From positions 1,664,001 to 1,728,000 of the forward strand of contig OZ250169.1 in NCBI GenBank assembly GCA_965237955.1: DNA of 64,000 bases, written 5' to 3'. This DNA is from Candidatus Marinacidobacterales bacterium. Its GTDB lineage: Bacteria; Acidobacteriota; Vicinamibacteria; Marinacidobacterales; SMYC01. A model generated the notes under the pieces. It worked only from the letters and a program-made list of their open reading frames with translations. It did not search any database and was not told the origin of the DNA. The position numbers and the translations under genes were made by a program. Shown here one piece after another: positions 29,553-38,847 of the stretch; the stretch's first letter is position 1, and every line of letters starts with the position of its first letter.

Positions 29553-29870
29553 CTATTCGGTAAACAGACGCGCTTCGCAAGCGCTGTCCTTGGCGAAAGT
29601 GAATCCTTGGGTCTCGTAGTCGATGACTCGATCCCGTGCAATGGCTAGCGTTCGCGCGTCTGCCAGGACGGTAACGCCCTCGGCGGGGACCACGTCGTCG
29701 TCGTCGCGGCGCTGGTCGAACGCGAGACCGAGCTCGATGGCCCCATCGCTGGCCTTTTCTGCAAAAAGTCTCACCGCCGCATCCGTTTCGCCCCGCTCCT
29801 CGAGGACGCTCCGGATTTTCGCCTGGGCTCGGTCCGACAACCGGAGACGGTTGTGCGCGAGTAGAAGCAT
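29553..29870 (-). CDS. HesB/IscA-fold protein lacking the canonical Cys motifs
   Basis: LSDRAQAKI..VRL..GLAFD..DDVV..GVTVLAD..IDY..GFTF pattern; no GGC or CGCG. Confidence 0.6.
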   Translation of the reverse strand: MLLLAHNRLRLSDRAQAKIRSVLEERGETDAAVRLFAEKASDGAIELGLAFDQRRDDDDVVPAEGVTVLADARTLAIARDRVIDYETQGFTFAKDSACEARLFTE

Positions 29871-30061
29871 TGTGGATATGGATGTCGGATATATCTTGAT
29901 ATGTATTATCTGGGTATCAGAAGACCAAAAGAAATACTTTAATACACAGATCCCGCTCGCGCAAGCACGCTCTCGTTATCCCGTTGTGAGAGTGGGACAT
30001 ACGGCACATCGATCGCGTGCCTTGTCTTGCGCGATAGGGGCGTGTTAGCGTTTCTATCTCT
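29871..30061. promoter_or_regulatory. AT-rich divergent promoter region with GATAT/ATATC palindromes
   Basis: GATATATC and ATATC-TT-GATAT at about 29888-29902, between divergent operons. Confidence 0.5.
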
Positions 30062-31504
30062 ATGTTCGATGCTTCCTTCGTCGGGAAACTGAGGGACGAG
30101 CTCGCGACCGAGGCGGTTCTCGTCGACCCACACCATGTGCTCGTGTACGAATGCGACGGGGCCACGGCGTTCAAGTCGACTCCGGACGCGGTCGTCTTGC
30201 CCCAATCGACCGACGAGGTGGCCGCAGTGGTGCGTTTGTGCGGGTTGCACGATGTCCCGTTCGTTGCGCGCGGTGCCGGGACGGGCTTGTCCGGCGGCGC
30301 GACGCCGAGTGAAGGCGGGCTCGTGGTCTCGCTGACGTCGATGAACGAGATCCTCGAGATCGATGTGGCGAACCGCCTCGCTCTTTGCCAAACAGGCATC
30401 GTTAATTTGGAGATCACCGGTCGGGTCGCCAAGCATGGGCTGTACTTCGCACCCGACCCGTCGAGTCAGTCGTCGTGCACGCTCGGAGGGAACATTGCCG
30501 AGAACTCCGGTGGGCCTCACTGCTTGAAGTACGGCGCCACAACGGTGCACGTTCTCGGCCTCACGGTCGTGCTGCCCGATGGCGAGATCGTCCACCTCGG
30601 TGGCCCGCGCGATTCCGTCGGCTACGACCTCGTCGGACTCTTCGTCGGATCGGAGGGAACGTTCGGCATCGCGACCGAGGCCCTCATCCGGTTGATGCCG
30701 ACGCCGGAAACGGTCAAAACGCTGCTCGCGCCGTTTGCAAGCATGGAAGCGGCGTGCGAGGCGGTCTCGGATATCGTCGCTCTCGGGATCGTTCCCGCCG
30801 CGCTCGAAATGCTCGACCAAGCCACGATCGAGGTCGTCGAGGCTGGGGTCGCACGGGCCGGCTATCCGAAGGGCGCCGAGGCCGTGCTTCTGGTCGAGAT
30901 CGATGGCGCTCACCACGGCATGGCCCGGATGGAGCGCGAGATTCGCGAAGTTTGTGAACGTCGTGGCGCGGTCTCCGTTTCCGTCGCTCGCGACGAGGAG
31001 GAACGCGCGCGGCTATGGCTCGGAAGGAAGGCTGCCTTCGGCGCCATGGGCCGGCTGTCCACGGATCTCTACGTTCAAGACGGCGTCGTTCCCCGCTCGC
31101 GGCTTCCCGAAGTTCTCGTCAGAGTCGGAGAGATCGCCGCGCGATACAAAATCAAAGTCGCGAATGTGTTCCATGCTGGAGACGGCAACCTTCATCCGTG
31201 CATTCCCTACGACGGACGAGACCGCGACGAGCGGGAGCGAGTCCTCGAAGCGGGTCGCGAGATCCTCGAGCTCTGTGTCGCCGTCGGGGGAACCATTAGT
31301 GGCGAGCACGGCATCGGTACCGAGAAGTCGAGCTACATGGGGCTCCTGTTCTCCGACGCCGACTTGAGTTTGATGCAAGCCGTTCGCGACGTATGGAACC
31401 CGCGAGGGCTTTGCAATCCGGGCAAGCTCTTTCCGACGTCGTCAGGCTGCGGTGAAGCGGCGAGCCTGCCGAGCGTCGCCGCCGGGCCCGGGACGTGGAT
31501 TTGA
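30062..31504 (+). CDS. glcD: Glycolate oxidase FAD subunit
   Basis: RGAGTGLSGG, PDPSSQ, ENSGGPHCLKYG, GSEGTFG, HAGDGNLHP, GEHGIG. Confidence 0.92.
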   Translation: MFDASFVGKLRDELATEAVLVDPHHVLVYECDGATAFKSTPDAVVLPQSTDEVAAVVRLCGLHDVPFVARGAGTGLSGGATPSEGGLVVSLTSMNEILEIDVANRLALCQTGIVNLEITGRVAKHGLYFAPDPSSQSSCTLGGNIAENSGGPHCLKYGATTVHVLGLTVVLPDGEIVHLGGPRDSVGYDLVGLFVGSEGTFGIATEALIRLMPTPETVKTLLAPFASMEAACEAVSDIVALGIVPAALEMLDQATIEVVEAGVARAGYPKGAEAVLLVEIDGAHHGMARMEREIREVCERRGAVSVSVARDEEERARLWLGRKAAFGAMGRLSTDLYVQDGVVPRSRLPEVLVRVGEIAARYKIKVANVFHAGDGNLHPCIPYDGRDRDERERVLEAGREILELCVAVGGTISGEHGIGTEKSSYMGLLFSDADLSLMQAVRDVWNPRGLCNPGKLFPTSSGCGEAASLPSVAAGPGTWI

Positions 31505-32697
31505 AAGATCTTCTCGAAGAAGTCGGCGCGCGCCCTCCGTCAGCGGACGAGCCGCGCATCGACGGTCTCTCGCCTTCGCTCGTGCTCGAGCCCGACGACG
31601 ATGAGACCTGCGCTCGCGCACTTGCTCTTTGCCACGAAGAAGACATGGCGGTCGTTCCTGTCGGAGGCGCTACCAGACTCGAGCTCGGGAACGCGCCGAG
31701 CCGTCTCGACGCGTACTTGAAAACGTCGCGTCTCGAAGGGGTCGAGGACCATATTCCGGGTGACCTGACCGTTGCGGTCCGTGCGGGGACGACACTCGAT
31801 GTGCTACAGCAGGAATTGGCTCGAGCGAACCAGTTCCTACCCTTGGAAGTTCCGAACCCGTCGCGCGCGACCATCGGCGGGATTCTCGCCGTCGGGGAGC
31901 CCGGCCTACGCCGGCGCCCCGGAGCCCGAGCTCGCGATTTGTTGTTGGGATTCGAGGCAGTGCTGGCAGATGGCACGCGCGTGAAAGCGGGGGGACGCGT
32001 CGTGAAAAACGTCGCCGGCTACGAGCTCATGAAGCTCTTCGTCGGCTCGTCGGGCACGCTCGCGGTGATGACGCGAGCGTTTCTGAGACTGCGCGCGCTC
32101 CCGGAGGAGACACGGACCGTCGCGCGTCGATTTTGGCGGTCGTCCGAGGCGGAGCGGGCGTGGCGTGAGCTTCGCGAGCTCCCTCATCCTCCCGAAGTGG
32201 CCGCGCTTTTGAACCCGAGCGCCGCGGACGCATTGGACTTGGAAGGGTGGAATCTATTGCTGCGGTTCGAAGGCTTGAGCGAAGAAGTTCAGGGCGCCGT
32301 CTCGAGAGCCGGAGGCGAACCAGTGAGCTCGCCGCCCTGGGACGAGATTCGTGACTTTCCCCTGGGTGCGAGTGCGTTGGTGCTGCGCGGTCAAGTCGCT
32401 CCTGCGCGCACGTTCCATCTCGCGGAAAGCTGGCAGGATGGCGGACCGCTGGTGGCGTATCCGGATGCCGGCCTCGTCTATAGCCACACACGGGATCCCG
32501 ACGCGCTCGCCGATCGTCAGGAGCGGGCGGACGCCCAACGCGGAGGCGTCGTGCTCGAGCGAGCGCCGAGCGAGCTCAAGAAAGATCTCGATGTATTCGG
32601 CGAGACTCCAGGCGGTTTCGAGTTGATGCAGAAAATCAAAGAAAAACTGGACCCGAAGGGTATTCTGTCTCCAGGCCGCTTCGTCGGCAGAATTTGA
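31495..32697 (+). CDS. glcE: Glycolate oxidase FAD-binding subunit
   Basis: TIGG, GGRVVKNVAGYELMKLFVGSSGTL, DPKGILSPGR. Confidence 0.9.
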   Translation: MDLKDLLEEVGARPPSADEPRIDGLSPSLVLEPDDDETCARALALCHEEDMAVVPVGGATRLELGNAPSRLDAYLKTSRLEGVEDHIPGDLTVAVRAGTTLDVLQQELARANQFLPLEVPNPSRATIGGILAVGEPGLRRRPGARARDLLLGFEAVLADGTRVKAGGRVVKNVAGYELMKLFVGSSGTLAVMTRAFLRLRALPEETRTVARRFWRSSEAERAWRELRELPHPPEVAALLNPSAADALDLEGWNLLLRFEGLSEEVQGAVSRAGGEPVSSPPWDEIRDFPLGASALVLRGQVAPARTFHLAESWQDGGPLVAYPDAGLVYSHTRDPDALADRQERADAQRGGVVLERAPSELKKDLDVFGETPGGFELMQKIKEKLDPKGILSPGRFVGRI

Positions 32698-33950
32698 TGA
32701 ACATGATCGAGAGCCACGAGAGCCTGTACCAGAAAACGCTCGCTTGCGTTCACTGAGGCTTGTGCTTGCCGGCGTGTCCGGCGTACGAGGTCCACCCGAG
32801 GGAATCGCTCGCCCCGCGCGGTCAGGTGTACAACGTGCGCGCGGTCTTGGAGGGACGACTTCCGATGACCGCAGGCCTCGCGAGCGAGTTCTACGATTGC
32901 CTCGCGTGCCGCGGCTGCGAGTCGGTGTGCCCTGCGGGCGTTCCTGTCGGGAACATTATGGAAGAAGCCCGCGGGCTCATGACTCAAGCAAAGACGGAAG
33001 GCGCCCTCTTTCGCTGGGCGAAGAGGTTCTTGCTCTCCGGAGTTCTTGCCCACCCGCGACGGCTCGCGCTGTTCATGACCTTCGCACGCTGGGGGGACGC
33101 GCTCGGCCTGCGTCGGCTCGTCTCCGCTGTCTCACCCGCACTCGGCGAGCGCGCCGCGCTCTTGCCGGCGGTGACCAAGACCCGTTCGCTGCCGGAGCAT
33201 TTCGATCCAATAGGTGAACCACGAAAGCGCGTCGCGCTCTTCGCGGGCTGCATCGCGTCGTATCTGTTTGCCGACGTCAACGAAACGACCGCGCGCGTGC
33301 TGCAACGCAATGGCTACGAAGTCGTCGTTCCCAAAGAGCAGGTGTGCTGCGGCGCCCTTCATCTTCACAATGGCCTTCCGGACACCGGCCGAAAGCTTGC
33401 GGCCAAGAACATTGATGCGTTCAAGGGCGTGGACGCGATCGTGGTGAACGCTGCCGGATGCGGTGCTGCGCTTTCAGAGTATGGGGAGCTCCTGGAGTCG
33501 AATCCAAACGCAAAATCGTTTGCCGCGCGTGTCGTCGACATTTCCGCGTTCCTCGTGCGCGAGGGGTTCGACGCACCGGATGCGGCTCCCGCGAGAGAGA
33601 AGCTGCGCGTTGCCTACGACGCACCGTGCCATCTTTTCCATGCTCAAGGGGTGAAGAGCGAGCCGCGCGAGCTCCTCGCGACAATCCCCGGCGTCGAGCT
33701 CGTCGATTACCGCGACTCCGAGCGCTGTTGCGGGAGCGCGGGCATCTACAACGTCACACATTACGACATGTCGATGGAAGTGCTCGAGAGGAAGATGAAA
33801 GACATCGTCCCCGCGAGGCCGGACATCATCGCAACCGGAAACCCAGGCTGTCACATGCAGCTGTCGGAGGGTGTGAGACGCGCGATGCTGAAAGCGGAAG
33901 TGGTGCACCCCGTGGTGCTGCTGGATCGAGCCTACCAATCGGAGCGCTAA
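32697..33950 (+). CDS. glcF: Glycolate oxidase Fe-S subunit, probable selenoprotein (UGA at 32754-32756)
   Basis: ATG overlaps glcE stop (TGATG); C-V-H-U-G-L-C-L-P-A-C-P; second CxxCxxCxxxCP; two CCG domains. Confidence 0.88.
32759..32789 (+). promoter_or_regulatory. Bacterial SECIS-like hairpin
   Basis: CUUGUGC-[UU bulge]-GCCGG-(CGUGU)-CCGGC-GUACGAG; loop begins 16 nt after the UGA, with G-U at loop positions 2-3. Confidence 0.7.
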
Positions 33951-34045
33951 TCTCTTTTCGCGTAGGCTAGGCTTAATCTACCGAACAAGTTGACGATGAC
34001 GATCACGGCAATCACGGTCGCGATTCCACCGATGAGTGGCTTCAT
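33947..34045 (-). CDS. 32-aa single-TM small protein (not in ORF track)
   Basis: MKPLIGGIATVIAVIVIVNLFGRLSLAYAKRD*; GGGAG SD; TACACT -10-like at about 34081-34086. Confidence 0.5.
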   Translation of the reverse strand: MKPLIGGIATVIAVIVIVNLFGRLSLAYAKRD

Positions 34046-34146
34046 GTCCGTTGCTCCCTGACTGAAAGCGAGTTGACTTCAGTGTAAGGGTCGAATGGCC
34101 GAGCGACAACTGCCAGTTTTCTTTTCTGTTGTTGACCGGATGGCGC

Positions 34147-35112
34147 TTACGGAGCCAAAATCAGCTTCCCGCTCGTCTTGCGGCCTTCGAGGAGGCGGTG
34201 CGCTTGTGCGGCGTCGGCAAGGGGAAGTTCGCGATCGATCGTCACGTCGAGCTCGCCTTGCTCCACCCAACCGAGAAGGTCGTTCGCGCGCTCGAGGAGC
34301 TCCTCCCGGTCGAGCATGTAGTGAGCGAGGGTGGGGCGGGTGACGAAAAGCGATCCGCCGCCGCCGAGTCTTGCAAGCTCGAACGGTGCGACCGGTCCGC
34401 TCGACTGTCCGTAGAGAACGAGCATGCCGCGCGGGCGGAGACACTTCAGGCTCTTGTCGAACGTCGTCTGGCCGACGGAGTCGTAGACGGCATGGAGCCT
34501 CGCCCCATCGGTCTCGCGTTGGATCGCCTCTTCGAAATCTTCTTCCGTGTAGCGGATGACGACGTCCACGCCGGCACGTTTACAAGCGTCAGCTTTCGCC
34601 TCGGTGGAGACCGTTCCGAAAACGTGCGCGCCGCGTTTCTTGGCCATCTGCACCAGGAGTAGCCCGACACCGCCGGCGGCCGCGTGCACGAGAACACGGT
34701 GACCTTTCTCGATGGGAAACGTCGAATGAGAAAGATAGTGCGCCGTCAAGCCTTGCAGCATCAACGCTGCCGCCGTCTTGGAGCTGACGTCGTCCGGCAC
34801 GGGGACGAGCTTCCCCGCCGGCACGATCGCAAGCTCCGCGTAGCTAGGGCTCAGGACGTAAGCGACACGGTCTCCCGGTTGCACCTCGGTCACGTCGGCG
34901 CCGACCGACTCGACCACACCTGCTGCTTCGCATCCCGGCGTGAACGGCGCGTCGAGCGGATAGAGTCCGGTACGGTGATAGACGTCGATGAAGTTGACTC
35001 CGATCGACTCGATCCGAACCAACGCTTCCCCCGGTGCCGGTTCCGGAACAGGAATATCATCGACCTGAAGAGCTTCCGGGCCCCCCGGTGAGCGTACCCG
35101 TATAGCCTTCAT
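34147..35112 (-). CDS. qor: NADPH:quinone oxidoreductase (MDR)
   Basis: GVNFID, HAAAGGVG, YDSVG, YGQSSG, GKLIL. Confidence 0.92.
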   Translation of the reverse strand: MKAIRVRSPGGPEALQVDDIPVPEPAPGEALVRIESIGVNFIDVYHRTGLYPLDAPFTPGCEAAGVVESVGADVTEVQPGDRVAYVLSPSYAELAIVPAGKLVPVPDDVSSKTAAALMLQGLTAHYLSHSTFPIEKGHRVLVHAAAGGVGLLLVQMAKKRGAHVFGTVSTEAKADACKRAGVDVVIRYTEEDFEEAIQRETDGARLHAVYDSVGQTTFDKSLKCLRPRGMLVLYGQSSGPVAPFELARLGGGGSLFVTRPTLAHYMLDREELLERANDLLGWVEQGELDVTIDRELPLADAAQAHRLLEGRKTSGKLILAP

Positions 35113-35233
35113 GCCGCGAAGTATAACAGCGCCTCGAGGCCGGACGGCAGCATCCTTGCTGGCACCCTCTCACTTTGCTAGCATAGATTGATTGCGTGCC
35201 CCCCCCGAGGGGGGGTGCTGTGAAAGATCCAAC

Positions 35234-36340
35234 ATGGCGAATCTTCCCCTGGCGAACATCTTCAACCGCAAAACCCGCACCACAGTAGGCATTCTCGCCG
35301 TCGCCCTTGGGGTGGCGCTCGTGCTCGTACTCGTCGGGCTCGCGCACGGAACCCTCGACGAGACTTCGGATCGCATCAAGAACGTCGGCGCCGACATCAT
35401 CTTTCAGGCGCCCGGCTCGTCGCCGTTTCTCGTCTTGAACTCTGGCGTCGTCGATGTGCGCTACGGAGCGCGCCTGCTGGACGTTCCCGGGATCGCCGCG
35501 GCCGCACCGGTTCTAACCGGTCGCGTGATGAAGCTCAAGGGAAATCAAAAACTCGTCATGATTTTTGGCGTTGACGAGAGGACCTACAACCAGGTCGGCT
35601 CCGGCATTTGGATTGTCGAGGGCCGTGGGTTGCAGGAGCCCGCGGACCTTGTGGTCGACACGGTTCTCGCCGCCGCCGACGATATCAAGATCGGCGACAC
35701 GCTCCCGATCATGAATCGCGACTTCAACGTGGTCGGTATCTGCAAAGCGGGCGCGGGCGTTCGGATCTTCATGGGCATTACCGACATGCAGACCGCGACC
35801 GCGCAGCCGGGTAAAGCGTCGCTGTTCTTTCTCAAAGTCAGTGACGACTCGACGGTCGCCGACGCGGCCACGGCACTCGAAGAGCGCTTCGAGGGCTATC
35901 AAATCAGAAAACTCGAGTTTTTCACCGAGGCGATGAAGGAGAACGCACTCGGACTCACAGAGTTTGTCAGCGCGCTGTCGATTTCTGCAGCCATCATCAG
36001 CTATCTCGTGATCCTGCTCGCGATGTACACGGCGATTATCGAGAGAACCCGTGAGATCGGCATCCTCAAGGCGCTGGGTGCGAGCAAGGCCTACATCATC
36101 AAATTGGTGATGGCGGAATCGCTGCTGATTTGCGTCATGGGCGTCGGCGCCGGCTTTCTGTTTTCGGTACTGGGGCGCTCGGCGATTCTGATCTTCTTTC
36201 CGACGCTTTCGGTGGACTTGATTCCCCGTTGGTTCGCCATGTCGGCTATCCTAGGCATCACCGGAGGCCTGTTGGGCGCGATCTACCCCGCCTATCGGGC
36301 CGCCAAGCTCGATCCGGTCGAGGCGCTCAACTTCGAATAA
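35234..36340 (+). CDS. MacB/FtsX/LolE-type ABC permease
   Basis: N-terminal TM + periplasmic domain; [14 protein letters not shown]; [15 protein letters not shown]. Confidence 0.92.
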   Translation: MANLPLANIFNRKTRTTVGILAVALGVALVLVLVGLAHGTLDETSDRIKNVGADIIFQAPGSSPFLVLNSGVVDVRYGARLLDVPGIAAAAPVLTGRVMKLKGNQKLVMIFGVDERTYNQVGSGIWIVEGRGLQEPADLVVDTVLAAADDIKIGDTLPIMNRDFNVVGICKAGAGVRIFMGITDMQTATAQPGKASLFFLKVSDDSTVADAATALEERFEGYQIRKLEFFTEAMKENALGLTEFVSALSISAAIISYLVILLAMYTAIIERTREIGILKALGASKAYIIKLVMAESLLICVMGVGAGFLFSVLGRSAILIFFPTLSVDLIPRWFAMSAILGITGGLLGAIYPAYRAAKLDPVEALNFE

Positions 36341-36389
36341 AAGAGTGGGAATAAGAGTTGGGCATAATGGGAATAGAGCCGTCAATCAC

Positions 36390-37127
36390 ATGAGCCAGCG
36401 CGCTGCCGTCTTGAAGACCATCGCTCTACGCAAGGTCTACCGAACGGGCTCGCTCGACGTTCCCGCTCTCCAAGGCATCGACATCGATATAAAAGCCGGT
36501 GAGTTCGTCTCGATCATGGGTCCATCGGGCTGTGGCAAGTCAACGCTCCTCCAGATTCTGGGTGGGTTGTCGAGCCCGACGTCGGGGCAGGTGTTCATCG
36601 ATGGCGTCGACCTCGCGTCGGTTTCGGACGCACAGCGAACCCGCATGCGCTGCCTCAAGATCGGCTTCGTGTTCCAGCGGTTCAACCTGATGCCGACGCT
36701 CACGGTCCAAGGGAACATCGAGATCGCGCGGCAGATATATGGTGGTGAGCCGATCCATCGTGACGAAGTGGGCGACCTGCTCGAGATCGTTCACTTGCGG
36801 CACAAGCTCGACTACAAACCACTCGAGCTTTCGGTGGGCGAGCAGCAGCGCGCGGCGATCGCCCGCGCGCTCGTGAACAAGCCCGCCATCATTTTGGCCG
36901 ACGAGCCCACGGGAAATCTGGACTCCCGCAACTCGGAGCAGGTCCTGCGGCTCCTTTCGGACTTGAACCGCGAAAAGCAGCAAACGATCGTCATGATCAC
37001 GCATAACCCCCAAGCAGCCGAGATGGGGAACCGCATCATCGAGATGCTCGACGGTCAGATCCGAAGCCACGGCACGGTGGCCGAGCTCGTCGAAGAGCCT
37101 GAGCAGGCGCGCTCTCAGGCGCGCTAG
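36390..37127 (+). CDS. ABC ATP-binding protein (LolD/MacB-type)
   Basis: [31 protein letters not shown]. Confidence 0.95.
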   Translation: MSQRAAVLKTIALRKVYRTGSLDVPALQGIDIDIKAGEFVSIMGPSGCGKSTLLQILGGLSSPTSGQVFIDGVDLASVSDAQRTRMRCLKIGFVFQRFNLMPTLTVQGNIEIARQIYGGEPIHRDEVGDLLEIVHLRHKLDYKPLELSVGEQQRAAIARALVNKPAIILADEPTGNLDSRNSEQVLRLLSDLNREKQQTIVMITHNPQAAEMGNRIIEMLDGQIRSHGTVAELVEEPEQARSQAR

Positions 37128-37133
37128 ACTCCA

Positions 37134-37787
37134 ATGAAGGTGTTGCTTACGATCTCCTTCGTAGCGCTGTTACTCGTCGCCGCTCCCGTGGACGCCGAGC
37201 GGCTCGACGAGATCCTTGCCGAGATGCAAAAAGCCGGAGACGAGCTGAAGACTCTTTCCGCGGATTTCGAGCAGAAGGACTACGACGCCATCCTGGAAGA
37301 TCAAGAAGTCAGCATCGGCAAGCTCCATCTCGAGATGCCGGGACGCGTTCGCTGGGAGCACCTCGAGCCGGCACCCAAGGTGTTGGTCGTCAACGACAAG
37401 CTCGTCCGGCTTTACAACCCCACCGCGGGGCAGGTGCAGGAGTTCGAGCAGAAACAGGCGAGCGGCTCGGGCGGGTTCAATCTACTAATAGGTTTCGGCA
37501 GCAGTAACGACGAGATTGCGAAGAACTATGATGCGAGTCTCCTCGAGGAAACGTCGACGAGCGTGGTGTTGAAGCTCGTGCCCAAGCCGGATTCACCAGC
37601 GTCGATTTTTGCCGCGATCGAGCTCACCGTGGACAAGACGACGTGGACGCCCATTCGCTCCGTCTTTCACGAGTTTAACCGCGATCACACCGACATCGAT
37701 TTCAAGAACGTCGTCGTCAACGGGAAGCTTCCTGGCCATATCTTCGAGCTCGAGCTTCCGAAAGACGTCGAGATTATTCGGAACTGA
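37134..37787 (+). CDS. lolA: LolA-family outer-membrane lipoprotein carrier
   Basis: Signal peptide; [32 protein letters not shown]. Confidence 0.8.
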   Translation: MKVLLTISFVALLLVAAPVDAERLDEILAEMQKAGDELKTLSADFEQKDYDAILEDQEVSIGKLHLEMPGRVRWEHLEPAPKVLVVNDKLVRLYNPTAGQVQEFEQKQASGSGGFNLLIGFGSSNDEIAKNYDASLLEETSTSVVLKLVPKPDSPASIFAAIELTVDKTTWTPIRSVFHEFNRDHTDIDFKNVVVNGKLPGHIFELELPKDVEIIRN

Positions 37788-38827
37788 TGATGCGGGTGGC
37801 GGCGAAGGCGCGAATCCGGGCACTCGAGCTGTGGAAGATCGGCAAGGGGCTGGTAAACCAACGTCACCCCATCCTTGCTCACATCATTCCCATGCGGCGG
37901 TGCAACCTCGCCTGTACTTACTGCAACGAGTTCGACGACGTGTCGCCCCCAGTGCCCATCGACGACATGCTCCGGCGCGTCGACAAGCTCGGCGAGCTGG
38001 GAACGTCGATCGTCACCATCAGCGGCGGCGAGCCCACGCTCCATCCCGAGCTCGACGACATCATCCGTCGTATCCGCAAGCGCGGGATGATCGCAGGTCT
38101 CATTACTAATGGATACTTCCTGACCCCGGAGCGCATCGAGCGGCTCAACAAGGCCGGGCTCCAGCATCTTCAGATCAGCATCGACAACATTCTGCCCGAC
38201 GACGTTTCCAAGAAGTCTCTCAAAGTTCTCGACTCGAAGCTCAAAAACCTCAACCAGCACGCGAACTTCTTCGTGAACATCAACTCCGTCATCGGGAGCG
38301 GTATCGAGAATCCGGAAGACGCGGTCGAGGTCGCGGGTCGCGCCGTCCAGCTCGGTTTCTCGACGACGCTCGGCGTCATCCACGACAGCGCCGGCAAGCT
38401 CGTGCCGCTGGGTGCGCGCGAGATGAAAGTCTACGACCGTCTGCGGCAACAGGGCAAAAAAAGCTACGCCCGCTTCACTGGGTTCCGCGAGGATCTCGCG
38501 CACGGCAAACCGCATAACTGGCGCTGCCGCGCCGGCGCTCGCTACCTCTATATCTGTGAAGACGGACTCGTCCACCTGTGCTCGCAACAACGCGGCTATC
38601 CGGGAACGCGACTCGAAGACTACACGCGGGACGATTTGCGCAGGGAGTTCGACCGCCCCAAAACGTGTGCCCGGTATTGCACCATCGCATGCGTTCAGAT
38701 CGTGAGTTTGTTCGACAACTGGCGCTCGCCTCAAACCGGCGACCCCTACGTGTCGCGGCGGGCGGAGCCGGCGCCGACGACGGTTCCAGTTGGTACTGGC
38801 TCGGAGCCCCAACACCAGCAAGTTTGA
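37787..38827 (+). CDS. Radical SAM protein with Cys-rich C-terminal (SPASM/twitch-like) region
   Basis: [22 protein letters not shown]; [15 protein letters not shown]. Confidence 0.9.
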   Translation: MMRVAAKARIRALELWKIGKGLVNQRHPILAHIIPMRRCNLACTYCNEFDDVSPPVPIDDMLRRVDKLGELGTSIVTISGGEPTLHPELDDIIRRIRKRGMIAGLITNGYFLTPERIERLNKAGLQHLQISIDNILPDDVSKKSLKVLDSKLKNLNQHANFFVNINSVIGSGIENPEDAVEVAGRAVQLGFSTTLGVIHDSAGKLVPLGAREMKVYDRLRQQGKKSYARFTGFREDLAHGKPHNWRCRAGARYLYICEDGLVHLCSQQRGYPGTRLEDYTRDDLRREFDRPKTCARYCTIACVQIVSLFDNWRSPQTGDPYVSRRAEPAPTTVPVGTGSEPQHQQV

Positions 38828-38847
38828 GGCGGGGCCCACACGTGGCC

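Noticed and set aside
29553-29870. HesB-like selenoprotein
   Set aside because: No in-frame TGA; the gene ends in TAG.
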